Part shown: one piece after another, positions 20,096 through 30,425 of the stretch
Position numbering within the stretch: the first letter of the stretch is position 1
How the letters are laid out: each line of letters begins with the position of its first letter
Source: an uncultured Acidobacteriaceae bacterium
GTDB lineage: Bacteria > Acidobacteriota > Terriglobia > Terriglobales > Acidobacteriaceae
Reading direction: 5' to 3'
Length of the DNA: 64,000 bases
Assembly (NCBI GenBank): GCA_963699405.1
Contig: CAVOTW010000031.1
Location: 146,571-210,570 of the forward strand
Notes under the pieces: generated by a model
What the model was told of the DNA's origin: nothing
Seen by the model: only the letters and a program-made list of their open reading frames with translations
The model's database searches: none
Position numbers and translations under genes: made by a program

Positions 20096-21685
20096 ATGCA
20101 CAAGTTTGAAAAACGGCAAATCATCAAGAACGTAACGTCGAGTTGGTTTGCGCTGGGAACCAATATCTTAGTTGGACTCTTCCTGTCGCCGTTCATTCTC
20201 CACCGGCTGGGCGATTCCGCATTCGGCGTGTGGGTGCTGACTTTTTCAATAACGGGTTATTACGGCCTCTTCGATCTGGGAATCCGTTCTTCGATCGTTC
20301 GCTATGTTTCCAAACATCTAGCCACCGGGAGTAAGGAAGACCTCGCCAAGCTGATCAACACGGCGCTCTTCGGATACGGCTGTGTCGGGATGGTATCGCT
20401 GGTTGTAACCGCGGTCATGGCCACCTACGTGAACAGCTTGTTTAAGATTCCGCCCCAATTTCACTCGATCGCCCACCTACTGATCTGGATGGTCGGCGTT
20501 TCGGTGGCGCTTGGCTTTCCCCTGGGCGTCGTCGGCGGATTTCTGGAGGGTTTGCAGCGTTTCGAAGTTTTGAATCTCAGCACCGTGATCCAAACCCTTT
20601 TACGGGCGGCTTTGATCGTGCTGTCCCTGCGACATGGGATGGGGCTGCTGATGATCACCTTCATTACGGTCGCTCTGCCGATCCTTGCATCCATTGTTCG
20701 TGTGTTCATCGCGTTACACCTTTGTCCGGTTTTGTTTGGATGGAAATACATTGATCGATCGACTTTCCGTACGATCGTCCACTACAGCAGCACCACTTTC
20801 ATGATCATGGTCGCGGGCCGGCTCAAGTTTAAGACCGACGAACTCGTAATCGGCAGCATGATTTCGGCCGCGGCCATTACGTATTTCAATATTGGAGCGC
20901 GCATCGTCGATTATGCGGGCGGGGTCGTAAATTCGCTCGCGGGAAATTTTCTGCCCGTGGTCAGCGCGTCGGAAGCCACCGGGAATACAGGCCGTTTGCG
21001 CAGACTATTCGTGGCCGGCAACCGCCTCTGCGCGTTCACGATTTTCCCCATCACGGCCTCGCTTCTCATCCTGGGCAAGTCGGTCATCGAAGTGTGGGTG
21101 GGGAAGAAGTACATTGTCACCAGCTACCCCGTGCTCGTGATCATGATCATTCCTTCGACCATCATGTTCGCGCAAGCGGTGTCGGGACGAGTGCTGTTTG
21201 GAATGAGTAAACATCGCACTTGGGGCTGGGTGACGCTCATCGAAGGGGTTAGCAATCTGGGGCTCAGCATCTTTCTCGTGCCTTATTACGGAATCATCGG
21301 CGATGCACTCGGAACCGCAATACCGCTGACTTGTAGTTTTGTGCTCTTCATGCCGCGGCATCTGTGCCACTTGCTCGGAATCCGTCTCCGGACCTACCTG
21401 CGGGAAGCTTTCGTTCTGCCGCTTTTGATCGTCACGCCGATGGTGGCCGTACTTCTGCTGATGAAGAAATGGTTCATTCCGCACAACTACCGGCAACTCG
21501 CACTGCAACTGGCGATCGGAGGGACGGTTTACGGGGTGGGATTGCTCTGGCTGTATTCGACAAAAAGAATTCTGAAAACCGGGGAACTTGCAGCAAACCC
21601 GGAGGCCGAACTCCTCGAAAAAAAGAACGGGAAAAAGAAGATGAGCGACCCAGAGGTGAGTGTCGCGGAATACAGTGATCGATAA
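20096..21685 (+). CDS. Polysaccharide flippase (Wzx/MOP superfamily-like)
   Basis: 529-aa protein with roughly 12-14 hydrophobic segments. Its size and topology are typical of oligosaccharide flippases, and it is located in the EPS locus. Confidence 0.7.
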   Translation: MHKFEKRQIIKNVTSSWFALGTNILVGLFLSPFILHRLGDSAFGVWVLTFSITGYYGLFDLGIRSSIVRYVSKHLATGSKEDLAKLINTALFGYGCVGMVSLVVTAVMATYVNSLFKIPPQFHSIAHLLIWMVGVSVALGFPLGVVGGFLEGLQRFEVLNLSTVIQTLLRAALIVLSLRHGMGLLMITFITVALPILASIVRVFIALHLCPVLFGWKYIDRSTFRTIVHYSSTTFMIMVAGRLKFKTDELVIGSMISAAAITYFNIGARIVDYAGGVVNSLAGNFLPVVSASEATGNTGRLRRLFVAGNRLCAFTIFPITASLLILGKSVIEVWVGKKYIVTSYPVLVIMIIPSTIMFAQAVSGRVLFGMSKHRTWGWVTLIEGVSNLGLSIFLVPYYGIIGDALGTAIPLTCSFVLFMPRHLCHLLGIRLRTYLREAFVLPLLIVTPMVAVLLLMKKWFIPHNYRQLALQLAIGGTVYGVGLLWLYSTKRILKTGELAANPEAELLEKKNGKKKMSDPEVSVAEYSDR

Positions 21686-21739
21686 CTAGCTGTGAGAATT
21701 TTGGCAAGCCAGAGCTTTCGGCTCAAGGAAAGATCTCTT

Positions 21740-22645
21740 CTACTTCTTCTCAAAGTGGTTTCCGAAGTAGTAGATCCTGTGATGGGATTCTTTCAGCTCG
21801 GCGGCATTGAGCGTCAAATTCGCGCTATCGAGGCGACGAACATCGGCGTGATGGACCTTCTCCTGTTCATCTACCCATCCATCAACTGACTCCAAGCCCG
21901 ATCCGTCGGCTGTCAAGCCTTTGAGAAAATAGTGGGCCGGAACGATCGCCTCAGGATCATATTTCCGGACGATGGCATCCACTTCGGCGCGCGTGAGGAC
22001 GGTCTCAACCGGCAGAATGAGCACGTCAGCTTTTTTCAGATAACGGTCGAGAGAGGGATCGGGCACTGGTCGGTTGTCGCCCCAGACAACGATGCGCAAC
22101 CCTCCAGTCTCAATAATCTGAATCGCGTTATCGAGGTCTTTCGGGTTGTTGGGCGGACAAGTCTTGGCAATTGTATCCGCGGAACTTCGATCACATTGGT
22201 GCTTGTCGGCGAGGCCCGTAATTTCGATATCGCCGAGCTTAAACTGCCCAACCAGACGTTCGAGCACCACCAGTCCGTTCGGCCTCTCAACGGCATCGTG
22301 GTCGAAATGAGCGTGAGTTGAGAGAACTATGTCGACTCGGAGGGGCGGAAACTCGTTCAGGAACCACTTTGGGTAAAGGCCGGTTGGGTCATTCCGCCAC
22401 GGATCGGTAAGAACGGTCAAGCCGGACGGCGATGTGATCCGGAATGCATCGTGCCCGTAGAAATCGATCTTGACATTGCCGGGACGGGTCGGGTCGCCGC
22501 CGGCCTTCTGAATGGCGATTAGAGAATTATCATTCCATATGGAAGAAGAGGTAGCCGCAGGCGTCTCCACCTGCTGTGCGCGCGCGCCGAAGGTGAGCGC
22601 CGATATAACAGCCAAGACGATAACGGCGGACGTTTTCAGACGCAT
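21740..22645 (-). CDS. Secreted MBL-fold metallo-hydrolase
   Basis: Signal peptide MRLKTSAVIVLAVISALTFGARAQ (ATG 22645 inside ORF 21740-22771) and metal motif LSTHAHFDHD. Confidence 0.7.
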   Translation of the reverse strand: MRLKTSAVIVLAVISALTFGARAQQVETPAATSSSIWNDNSLIAIQKAGGDPTRPGNVKIDFYGHDAFRITSPSGLTVLTDPWRNDPTGLYPKWFLNEFPPLRVDIVLSTHAHFDHDAVERPNGLVVLERLVGQFKLGDIEITGLADKHQCDRSSADTIAKTCPPNNPKDLDNAIQIIETGGLRIVVWGDNRPVPDPSLDRYLKKADVLILPVETVLTRAEVDAIVRKYDPEAIVPAHYFLKGLTADGSGLESVDGWVDEQEKVHHADVRRLDSANLTLNAAELKESHHRIYYFGNHFEKK

Positions 22646-22706
22646 ACCATGCCTGCGTGCTTCAGAAACAACGCTAACTGCGGCCCGCAGTCCGCCTAAG
22701 TTCAGG

Positions 22707-23669
22707 TTATTGCTTAGGGTGAGAAGCGAAAAACTGCCAGCGTGTCGCGTTGTTGCCCGGCTCCCATTCATGTCCTATGTTTTCTTCCCAGATGAATTGG
22801 ACCTCAACGTTGTTGGTGCAGCCGGTGGCGTCATTGCCCGTAGTCGACGGGTTGGGCTTTTCGTCTTCGCACAAGGGTTCATCGTTCTGGAACACGGTGC
22901 AAGCATTCTGGGCCGTCCAGTAATTGAAGGTTTGATCCACGGTGGCCATATAATACGTATACCCCGAGTACTCGGTTGTGCCATTGTTGCAAGGCGGCAA
23001 AACGCGATCCTTGGTCCCTTGCCACTCCTGTACGGAAACGGGCGCCACCGGCGGACCGGGCAAGGTGATGGGAAGGGTGGACTGTCCCACGATCTGACCG
23101 GACCCGGGAATGATCGCCGCGACCAGGTCCGAGATTTCAACCCCGACCCGCTCGGCCATCATCGCACCCGACGACATACCCGCCACAAATACTTGCTTGG
23201 GGTTGACGTTGTACTGCGCCGTCAGGTTGAGGATCAACTGCCGCAAAAAGCCGGCGTCGTCAGGGCACGCCGTTGCGGGCGGCGCGGTGCACGTCCCGAC
23301 TTCAGCCGGCGTAAAGGCTTCGCTCAGGTAATACGCGTTCCAATTCCATTGCCCAGAGTTCGCGTTATAAGTTGAAGCCGGTTGCACCAAGACGAAGCCA
23401 TAAGTATCCGCGAACGTCTTCCATCCATAATTGATCGTGGTCGGCGGTTTGTTGGCCGGGAGCGTACTGGTTGCATGGAGCATGACCAGCAGGGGCGGGT
23501 TCGCTGGCAGGCCCGCGGGCACATAGACGTAGTAATAGCGAGTGACGCCATCCCAGACCGTGGTCTCGTTATAATTTTTCCCACCCTTTGCGCTGGCTAC
23601 CGTCGAAGTTGCCAACAGAAAGGCAGCGAAAGAAACGATCATTAATGAGGACAGGTTCTTGGCTTTCAT
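22707..23669 (-). CDS. Secreted esterase, PHB-depolymerase/LpqC family (paralog)
   Basis: ATG 23669 is preceded by AAGGAG. Signal peptide MKAKNLSSLMIVSFAAFLLATSTVASA. Motifs WDGVTRYYYVYVP...LLVMLHAT and VAGMSSGAMM. Long blocks are shared with 35028-36092 and 36165-37184. Confidence 0.8.
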   Translation of the reverse strand: MKAKNLSSLMIVSFAAFLLATSTVASAKGGKNYNETTVWDGVTRYYYVYVPAGLPANPPLLVMLHATSTLPANKPPTTINYGWKTFADTYGFVLVQPASTYNANSGQWNWNAYYLSEAFTPAEVGTCTAPPATACPDDAGFLRQLILNLTAQYNVNPKQVFVAGMSSGAMMAERVGVEISDLVAAIIPGSGQIVGQSTLPITLPGPPVAPVSVQEWQGTKDRVLPPCNNGTTEYSGYTYYMATVDQTFNYWTAQNACTVFQNDEPLCEDEKPNPSTTGNDATGCTNNVEVQFIWEENIGHEWEPGNNATRWQFFASHPKQ

Positions 23670-23770
23670 AAAACTACTCCTTGGTCCAATTAAGGGCATA
23701 TCGACAATCCCTTGCCGATTCGTATGCCTGTCACTACCACTTCTCCCTCTTCTTCTTCGCTTTCGCTGGC

Positions 23771-24970
23771 TCAGTAATCGTCAGGCTCACCTGTGTCGGA
23801 AAGTTCGGCCGGCGTAAGCTTGCGAGATTTGATCGCGTGAAACTCCCGGGGACGCGGCGACGGCTGGAAAAAGCCGCTCAGATCATCCGCAAAACTGTCG
23901 GCCCAGACGCCGGGGCCAATCAGCCCGAGTGAAAAATTGTTCTCGACAAAATGCAGGATGGAGCCGAAGTCGTGCACATCATTATCGACGTACCCGGCGG
24001 GAGTGTAAGCCGAAATCACGAGTAATGGCACACGAAATCCATAGCAATACTCTGTGCACCATCCTGTGTTATTGACCAACGGCGGAACGTGATCGTAGAA
24101 GCCTCCCCAATCATCCCACGTTACGATGATGGCAGTGTTCTGCCAGTATGGAGAGTCTCCTACGGCGTCCACAATCGACGCAACCCAAGCCGGGCCGCCA
24201 CCAGTGCTGGTAGCAGGATGATCGCTATAAGCCTTGGCTGGGGTCACCCAACTAACATTGGCAAGCGTTCCGTCGGCTATGTCATTCAAGACCTGGGGCG
24301 GATTTAAAACAATGTTTGGCGACGTAGTATAAGTGGAAAGTGAATCTGGAGCATTCCAAATATGCTGTCTAGGGGCAGCATAGTACTTCCACGTCAAGCC
24401 TGCGTTTACCAGCAAGTCGATCAATGACGATCTGTCAAAGCACGGATAGACGGAACCGATGGTGCCATCAGGCGCAATGGTGGGAACAACCGTATCAGGG
24501 GGTGCGGAACAGCCATACTTTGGGCTTTGACCGATCTCGTCGAAAACCAATAAATCACTATCGTCAGACGGGGCTGATGAACCTGAAACAAGAAAGTGAT
24601 GTGCTGGATAACTCGCTCCTTGATTTGTCTGAAACATTCTGTTCGCAAAACCGTACTGTGCGGCTAGATCCCAATAGGGGTCTGCCCCGCTAATAACATA
24701 ATTACGCGCTGTTTGCGGGTACTTACCCTTAGTCTCAGCTAGATACCCTCCATGAGTGTGATTAAAATCATTGCCTTTCGACAGGTCTTCTCCCTTGGAT
24801 TTGGTACCATTGATCTGCGCATCTATACCGGGAAGACCAGCCGCTCCAAAAAGATTATCTGGTGTACGGTTTTCCTGGATGATGATGATGATGTTCTGGA
24901 ACTGCGGGCTTTGAGCATCCATAAGTCCCGTCAGAAGCAATGTGAGCGATCCAAGCAATAGTGGTTTCAT
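23771..24970 (-). CDS. Secreted phosphoesterase family protein (phospholipase C/AcpA type)
   Basis: Signal peptide MKPLLLGSLTLLLTGLMDAQ. Family N-terminal motif IIIIIQENRTPDNLFG. C-terminal motifs TWDDWGGFYDHVPP and GFRVPLLVISAY. Confidence 0.75.
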   Translation of the reverse strand: MKPLLLGSLTLLLTGLMDAQSPQFQNIIIIIQENRTPDNLFGAAGLPGIDAQINGTKSKGEDLSKGNDFNHTHGGYLAETKGKYPQTARNYVISGADPYWDLAAQYGFANRMFQTNQGASYPAHHFLVSGSSAPSDDSDLLVFDEIGQSPKYGCSAPPDTVVPTIAPDGTIGSVYPCFDRSSLIDLLVNAGLTWKYYAAPRQHIWNAPDSLSTYTTSPNIVLNPPQVLNDIADGTLANVSWVTPAKAYSDHPATSTGGGPAWVASIVDAVGDSPYWQNTAIIVTWDDWGGFYDHVPPLVNNTGWCTEYCYGFRVPLLVISAYTPAGYVDNDVHDFGSILHFVENNFSLGLIGPGVWADSFADDLSGFFQPSPRPREFHAIKSRKLTPAELSDTGEPDDY

Positions 24971-24995
24971 TTGTATCTCCTGCTGTTGCCACTTA

Positions 24996-26636
24996 CTACT
25001 TCTTGTTTGTTTTTGCCTTTGCCTTTGTTCCAGTCAGACCAAAGATCTGCAATTGCTGGTTACTGGCCACGAACACCTGCCCGTTGGCCACGACGGGAAC
25101 CAAGTTGGCATTGCCGCCCGTATTCGGCCACGCGCCCGCAGTGGCTTCGAACAGCGTCTTCATCTTTTTTGTTCCAGAGTCCGGATTAAAGGCAAAAAGA
25201 CTGATTGCTTTGGTTGCTTTCGCAGGGTGAGACAATGCCCAAATGATGGGATTCGCGTTACCGCTCGACGAAATGGTGGTGAAGAATCCCGGGTCTTGGG
25301 TACCACCGGTAGTGACAGAGACTTTTGCTTTCGTCAAAGCTACCGTGGGGGACGTTTGCAGCTTCCAGACGATGGCCGTCCTGCCGCCGCTACTCACCAC
25401 CCTCCCGAATCCGTCTGCCGGATCGACGAAGTACGACTCGCCGCACCAGCAGCGGCCGACGGGGTAGCTGCCGAGCACATTGTTCGCGGTGGGCGAGTAA
25501 CCACCCAGACTGTCTTCGTTCATCAGGAACATAGTGCCGCTCTTGCCCGCAGCGACCGCCAGATGTGGCGTCGATCCTGTCTGATCGGGCAGAACCATTA
25601 CCCCGCCTGAACCGAAGTCCGAGTCCTTCTCATCCATGGTCGCTTGATTATCCGGGGTAAAAAGGTCGAGCACCGTGGTTAGCGTATTCGAAATCTTGAC
25701 CACACTTTCCTGAATGTTGGTGACGCCGTCATAGGTGCCGGATTCTGAGTTGCCGGTTACGAACAGGATGTTGCCCGCATCGTCGGCCGACGGTCCATAG
25801 CCTGACATCCAGATCGAGGAGAGAAAAAAGTTGTTGGGGCTGGTTGGCTGCTGGTCGTTGAGCTGGTTCGAGGGAAATGGCGCCAGCGAACCCGCTGTCC
25901 AACCCAGCAGCCAGCCCCGCGAGAGATTGACCGCCTTATCGCAGAAGCTGCCAAAGCCCGCATAAATGCTGCCATTGGCGAGCAACAACGCCGGGCGCTG
26001 CCGCTGATATTTCGCGTTGAAGTTGAAGGTTGTTCCATCTGTCAGCGTATGCGATGCGGCGACGACTTGCGGCGTCACCTTGTCGGTCAAACTTCCCAGA
26101 TCGAGCGCGTGCAGTGTGTAGGCAGGTGCGCTCATACCCTGGGTATAGGTCATGACATAGAGGGTGTTGCTGCTGGGGTCGATCACCGGCGTTGAAGTTA
26201 TCCCGACGTTGGGGCCATTGTTGGCGCATTTTCCGGGGAGGGATTGTTGCGACACTGGCGCCCCGAAATTCGGATTCAACAGCACCGTCCCGGTATGAAC
26301 ATCGATGGCATACACCGTGTCGTTTTCCGTCGCTACATAAACCACATCGTGCGTGCCCTGATAATTTCCGGCGGTGATCTGCACCCCCGGGATCACTAGT
26401 GGCTGCGCGTCCACCTGGTCGTCGAGTGCCACAGTTTGCAGCAGGCCGAACGTCGTCGGGCCGACGTTGGCGGGCGTCAGCACGGACTCATTCTGATTCC
26501 AGCCGGTGCGGTAGTTGTCGTAGTGGTACGTTGTGATCGCCGTCTGGCCAGCCGCGAGCAAGGCGCTCGTGCTGATGAGAACCAATACGGCAATTGCTGC
26601 CGCGCCGCCGATGCGGTAGTTGCAACGATTTGTCAT
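24996..26636 (-). CDS. Secreted PQQ-like beta-propeller repeat protein
   Basis: ATG 26636. Signal peptide MTNRCNYRIGGAAAIAVLVLISTSALLAAGQ. YHYDNYRTGWNQNESVLTPANV followed by repeated VYVAT/VYAID-type blades. Confidence 0.6.
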   Translation of the reverse strand: MTNRCNYRIGGAAAIAVLVLISTSALLAAGQTAITTYHYDNYRTGWNQNESVLTPANVGPTTFGLLQTVALDDQVDAQPLVIPGVQITAGNYQGTHDVVYVATENDTVYAIDVHTGTVLLNPNFGAPVSQQSLPGKCANNGPNVGITSTPVIDPSSNTLYVMTYTQGMSAPAYTLHALDLGSLTDKVTPQVVAASHTLTDGTTFNFNAKYQRQRPALLLANGSIYAGFGSFCDKAVNLSRGWLLGWTAGSLAPFPSNQLNDQQPTSPNNFFLSSIWMSGYGPSADDAGNILFVTGNSESGTYDGVTNIQESVVKISNTLTTVLDLFTPDNQATMDEKDSDFGSGGVMVLPDQTGSTPHLAVAAGKSGTMFLMNEDSLGGYSPTANNVLGSYPVGRCWCGESYFVDPADGFGRVVSSGGRTAIVWKLQTSPTVALTKAKVSVTTGGTQDPGFFTTISSSGNANPIIWALSHPAKATKAISLFAFNPDSGTKKMKTLFEATAGAWPNTGGNANLVPVVANGQVFVASNQQLQIFGLTGTKAKAKTNKK

Positions 26637-26757
26637 GTTCTGACCCTTAGGAGAAGTGAGCAGCCGGGGGACGCTGCATCGGAGTTTCCGCGACAATACC
26701 ACATATTGACGGTCGTTTCCAGTTGGAGCGGGCCGTTTTTTTCCTCTGAAAGTGAGC

Positions 26758-28056
26758 TCATGGTTCGGTGTGATTCGCCTTGGATTCTGACAAATGCCCA
26801 CTGTCGTTTTTCGTAGAAGAATTCTTTACCATGGACTGATTTGGAGGATGGTCCAGAATCTGAAAAAGCTTGTCGGCAGCGATCTGATTCCCCGTTGCGT
26901 TCAAATGCGCGATACCGCGGTATAGGGGAGCTTGTGTGTCATCCAAAATATCTCCGAGATAATACAAATCCGGGCGGTTGACTGCGCGGCACTCTTCGTA
27001 GGCCGCGCGATACACCGACTCCATGCCAGGAAATTTCTTGTTCAGCCGCCGGTTCAGGACTGCCTCATCCGGGGTCAGTTGCTTGTGGCCAACGGCCATA
27101 TTGGGATACCAGGCAAAGATGGGACGGAAGCCGTACTGTTTGGCCAAGAGGTCAATAATGTCCATGTTTTCCTGATAATTCTGCATAATGGCACGGGACC
27201 ATGTCTGCGCGTCAGTCTCAGAAACACTATTGCTGCTCTTCTGCTTGGGCGATACTCTAGCCGCGATGTTCTCCAAAAACCGATAAGTGTTGCTTTGACT
27301 GAGGTAGGAGAATCCTGATTTTTTCTCCGTGATCCAGCCCTCGAGATAGTTCTTGAAGTCGAGATAATTGCTGTGCACGTCCACTTTCTTGTTCTCGTAA
27401 GCAGTAAACGCCTCTGTGCCGCCGTCGTAAAACAAGACAGCATCCGGCTTGCGGTCCGCGTGCTTGAGTTCTTGAATTAGCTCGAAAAGCTCTTGCGTAT
27501 TGGCCCAGCCTTTTTCCCCGTAATTCACGATGCAGACTTGCTTGCCCGCCTTTTCGTAATCTGCCGCCACGAGCGATGGAATAGTTTCCGAGTCGGGACT
27601 GCCCCAGCCCCACATCACGGAATCTCCGAACATCCACACTGTGAAAGTCTTTCCATCGCAGTGATTGTGGAGAGTGCGCCGGATACCATCCGCGTCGATT
27701 GAAATCGCACTGCCGTTGAAGGGAGCTCGGCGCCATAGAACGTAGGGCTCGTATTGCACTTTCTGCGCGGGCTGCTGTTCTTTCCAATACTCGCGCTCTT
27801 CGGGAGTTCCTTGAACAACCGCGGCTTCGACTTCCGGGCCCATGCTGTGCTGATTCTCGATTCCACGCCTGTAGCTGAACAACTCCATGCCAACAATGAA
27901 AATCAACGCCAGGGTTACGGCTACGCATAGGCGCAGCAGGAAACTGCGCGCAACGGACCTGTAGCTGGTCGTGGGCGGTATCCCAGAGGATTCGGCTGTG
28001 CGTTCCCTTTCCGGTGAACCGATCATAGTTTTTGTGTTTCCTTCTACGTCCTTCAT
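26758..28056 (-). CDS. Membrane-anchored SGNH/DltD-like protein (paralog 1)
   Basis: N-terminal TM LLRLCVAVTLALIFIVGMELF and the GDS block TVWMFGDSVMWGWGSP. Colinear with 39333-40582. Start at ATG 28056 or 28026. Confidence 0.65.
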   Translation of the reverse strand: MKDVEGNTKTMIGSPERERTAESSGIPPTTSYRSVARSFLLRLCVAVTLALIFIVGMELFSYRRGIENQHSMGPEVEAAVVQGTPEEREYWKEQQPAQKVQYEPYVLWRRAPFNGSAISIDADGIRRTLHNHCDGKTFTVWMFGDSVMWGWGSPDSETIPSLVAADYEKAGKQVCIVNYGEKGWANTQELFELIQELKHADRKPDAVLFYDGGTEAFTAYENKKVDVHSNYLDFKNYLEGWITEKKSGFSYLSQSNTYRFLENIAARVSPKQKSSNSVSETDAQTWSRAIMQNYQENMDIIDLLAKQYGFRPIFAWYPNMAVGHKQLTPDEAVLNRRLNKKFPGMESVYRAAYEECRAVNRPDLYYLGDILDDTQAPLYRGIAHLNATGNQIAADKLFQILDHPPNQSMVKNSSTKNDSGHLSESKANHTEP

Positions 28057-28329
28057 GAAACTAGAATAACGCCCACATTGCATGTCTCGTCTGGTAGCGG
28101 GCCAGACGGTGAATGATACCGATAAGGAGCAAGCGGGACTCCATTCTCTGCATAACTCACCCAACTGTCGACAGTTATCGTCTGTTTTTTCAATAGTTTA
28201 GAGTTTAATGCCGAGCATGCCTGCACCACATGCTTCGAGTCAGGCAAAAAGTGGGAAAACATTTTCCATACGAAGGAATGACAAGACTCCCGTTTTACCG
28301 CCGCAAGCTGGGCCGGCAAAATGGAGCAG

Positions 28330-29439
28330 TTATCGCTTTCGAGTGTCGTTCGGACTCCGCCCTCGTATTTTGGATGCCAACGCATACGCGCTCCGGCGAA
28401 GGCCAGCCAGTGCGTTTGCCAGAGGCATCACTCCCAGTCGAGACGCGCGTTTGAGGTCAGCCCGCAACCGTCGGCGCTCCTCGTAGAGGCCGGAGATGAT
28501 GAGGTTCCTCTCGATGATCTCATCATAGAATCTAGCCTCAGGGATGACGGCTGGCGGCGGGTTTGGGACCGCGGACTGGCCGCCGCGCCACGAATCGCGG
28601 TCATAACCCAGTCGCTTGAAATCTTCCTGATAGAGCGAATAGACTTTGTCGGCTAGATCCTGATTATAAGTAGCGAGGCCGACTGGCGCCGAGACGTTTT
28701 TCTTGCCTCCCATAAGTGGTTCTGCAAGCCCCAGATGTTGTTGGAACCGGGCCATGCTGGCGGCCATGTTCTCTAGCTGACCCACATGTGAAAAGTTCAG
28801 GGCGTCGAAAAACAGGTGATCAACTTGCCGCCGCCAGTGTGGATCGGCGTCGCTTAAATCGCGTTTGGCGTGGAGGTAGTTCACGAACTCATCAAACGCA
28901 ATGAGCTCCTTCGCATGCATATCGGGCACTCGGCCTTTGATCGCAAGATACAAGCGTTCGGCGCCCGGTTCGCAGGGGACAACTTTGTTCTTCCACGCCG
29001 AAACCAAACGCGTATACGGATTGCGGACGATCGTAAAGCGAAAGAAACTGTCGGACTCAAGCACTTCTTTTTGCGTCGCCTCATCCAAATCCACCAGAGA
29101 AGGCAGCGGCACATTTTCGCGAGCGTGAACAAACATGTCACGGCGGGTTTCCATCAGCTTGCCTACAAAAAGCTGAAGCGGCGGCGCGCCAACTTTGCGA
29201 CGCAGCAGTTCCTTCATTTGCGTGCAGGCTGCCTTGGGAACTTCGAAATAAAGGTAACGCTTACTGACGTCGACAAAACTGGAGTGGCGAACCCGCTGCG
29301 ATATATCGGTGGGGTCGATATGCGGGTAATGACTTAAGATCTTTTGTACAACGTATGGATAGGTCATAGCTGACGCGCGTCGAACCGCGATTGAATTCTG
29401 CAAGGTGGAACGCATTTCAATCCGGCCTAGTTTGCTCAC
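28330..29439 (-). CDS. Sulfotransferase family 2 (carbohydrate sulfotransferase-like)
   Basis: YFEVPKAACTQMKELL (PAPS 5'-phosphosulfate loop), IVRNPYTRLVSAWKNKV and DPHWRRQ are the hallmark spacing of Sulfotransfer_2. Confidence 0.75.
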   Translation of the reverse strand: MSKLGRIEMRSTLQNSIAVRRASAMTYPYVVQKILSHYPHIDPTDISQRVRHSSFVDVSKRYLYFEVPKAACTQMKELLRRKVGAPPLQLFVGKLMETRRDMFVHARENVPLPSLVDLDEATQKEVLESDSFFRFTIVRNPYTRLVSAWKNKVVPCEPGAERLYLAIKGRVPDMHAKELIAFDEFVNYLHAKRDLSDADPHWRRQVDHLFFDALNFSHVGQLENMAASMARFQQHLGLAEPLMGGKKNVSAPVGLATYNQDLADKVYSLYQEDFKRLGYDRDSWRGGQSAVPNPPPAVIPEARFYDEIIERNLIISGLYEERRRLRADLKRASRLGVMPLANALAGLRRSAYALASKIRGRSPNDTRKR

Positions 29440-30352
29440 GTGATCGATGCGGGAGTTCGTACCCGGTCAGTCGCATCAGGTGTCCCCAGGCAGATTCAAT
29501 TTCCGCGATCGATTTCGCGCTGAGGGCTGTCCGCCACTGGCCTGATTTCGCCTGGCGCACAAAGGGAATATCTTTGCGGGTCTCTCGAGTCGTTTGCCAT
29601 TGCAGGTTCTGCGCGGATTCCAGCTTTCTCATCGAATCGGCCGAACTACGTGCGACGGCTTGTTCGATCCGCTCGGAACTGGCTTCGAGTCCCAGGAAAT
29701 CAGCGATCCGGTGAAGTCCGGCGTGGGCGTCCTGCAAAAGGTCCTCGTAGCGCACCAGAAGGAACTCACGCCCATGTCCTCGCGCGCCAGGTGCGTCCAC
29801 CGTTCCGGGAGAACCAACAGGAACACCAGCGCCACGCGACGGCGCACCATTCTGATGCAAGGTGAACTCCGCTACATTCGACGCGTTGACGAGCCAGCTT
29901 CCAGCGTGTTCACCCCAGGTTCCATTGTAACTTCGGCCCGGAACCAGCATCCTCGTGATAAAGGCCTCGAGCGAAAACGAATCGTCGATGTTCTTAACTT
30001 TCTTCGCGTAGTAGTAAAGAGAAACCGCCACGTCTCGCGGGTCGCGAATGATGTAGATCACGCGACGGTAACGCGGATCAAAGCAGTCATGACTCTTGAT
30101 CAGTCGGGGCGGTTTTAGCTTGCGGAAATCGGCCCGAGGAAATACGGCAATGTCGGGAACGACGCGCTCAATATCGGAAAAACCGACAGGTTTGTCGGGA
30201 TTCATCAGGTTGCCCAGCAGAAAACGGGTCCAGGTATTGCCCGATTTCGGAAACGACACGAGAAAGATGTCATCGGGCCAAACCTCGTGACGGCGCAGGG
30301 AAGAGTCCCTGCCGAGAGCATATCTTGCGGCACTTCTCAATTGGCCGAACAC
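29417..30352 (-). CDS. PAPS-type sulfotransferase (Sulfotransfer_1-like)
   Basis: SFPKSGNTWTRFL and YIIRDPRDVAVSLY. Carries a ~35-aa Gly/Pro/Ala-rich insert before LLVRYEDLL that the 19062 paralog lacks. Confidence 0.85.
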   Translation of the reverse strand: MFGQLRSAARYALGRDSSLRRHEVWPDDIFLVSFPKSGNTWTRFLLGNLMNPDKPVGFSDIERVVPDIAVFPRADFRKLKPPRLIKSHDCFDPRYRRVIYIIRDPRDVAVSLYYYAKKVKNIDDSFSLEAFITRMLVPGRSYNGTWGEHAGSWLVNASNVAEFTLHQNGAPSRGAGVPVGSPGTVDAPGARGHGREFLLVRYEDLLQDAHAGLHRIADFLGLEASSERIEQAVARSSADSMRKLESAQNLQWQTTRETRKDIPFVRQAKSGQWRTALSAKSIAEIESAWGHLMRLTGYELPHRSREQTRPD

Positions 30353-30425
30353 TCAGCTGTTCCTCGATTTGCCAGTTTAGCAGGGGCGAACTTCGTATTT
30401 CAAGACGGCGGGAATCCGATGCTCT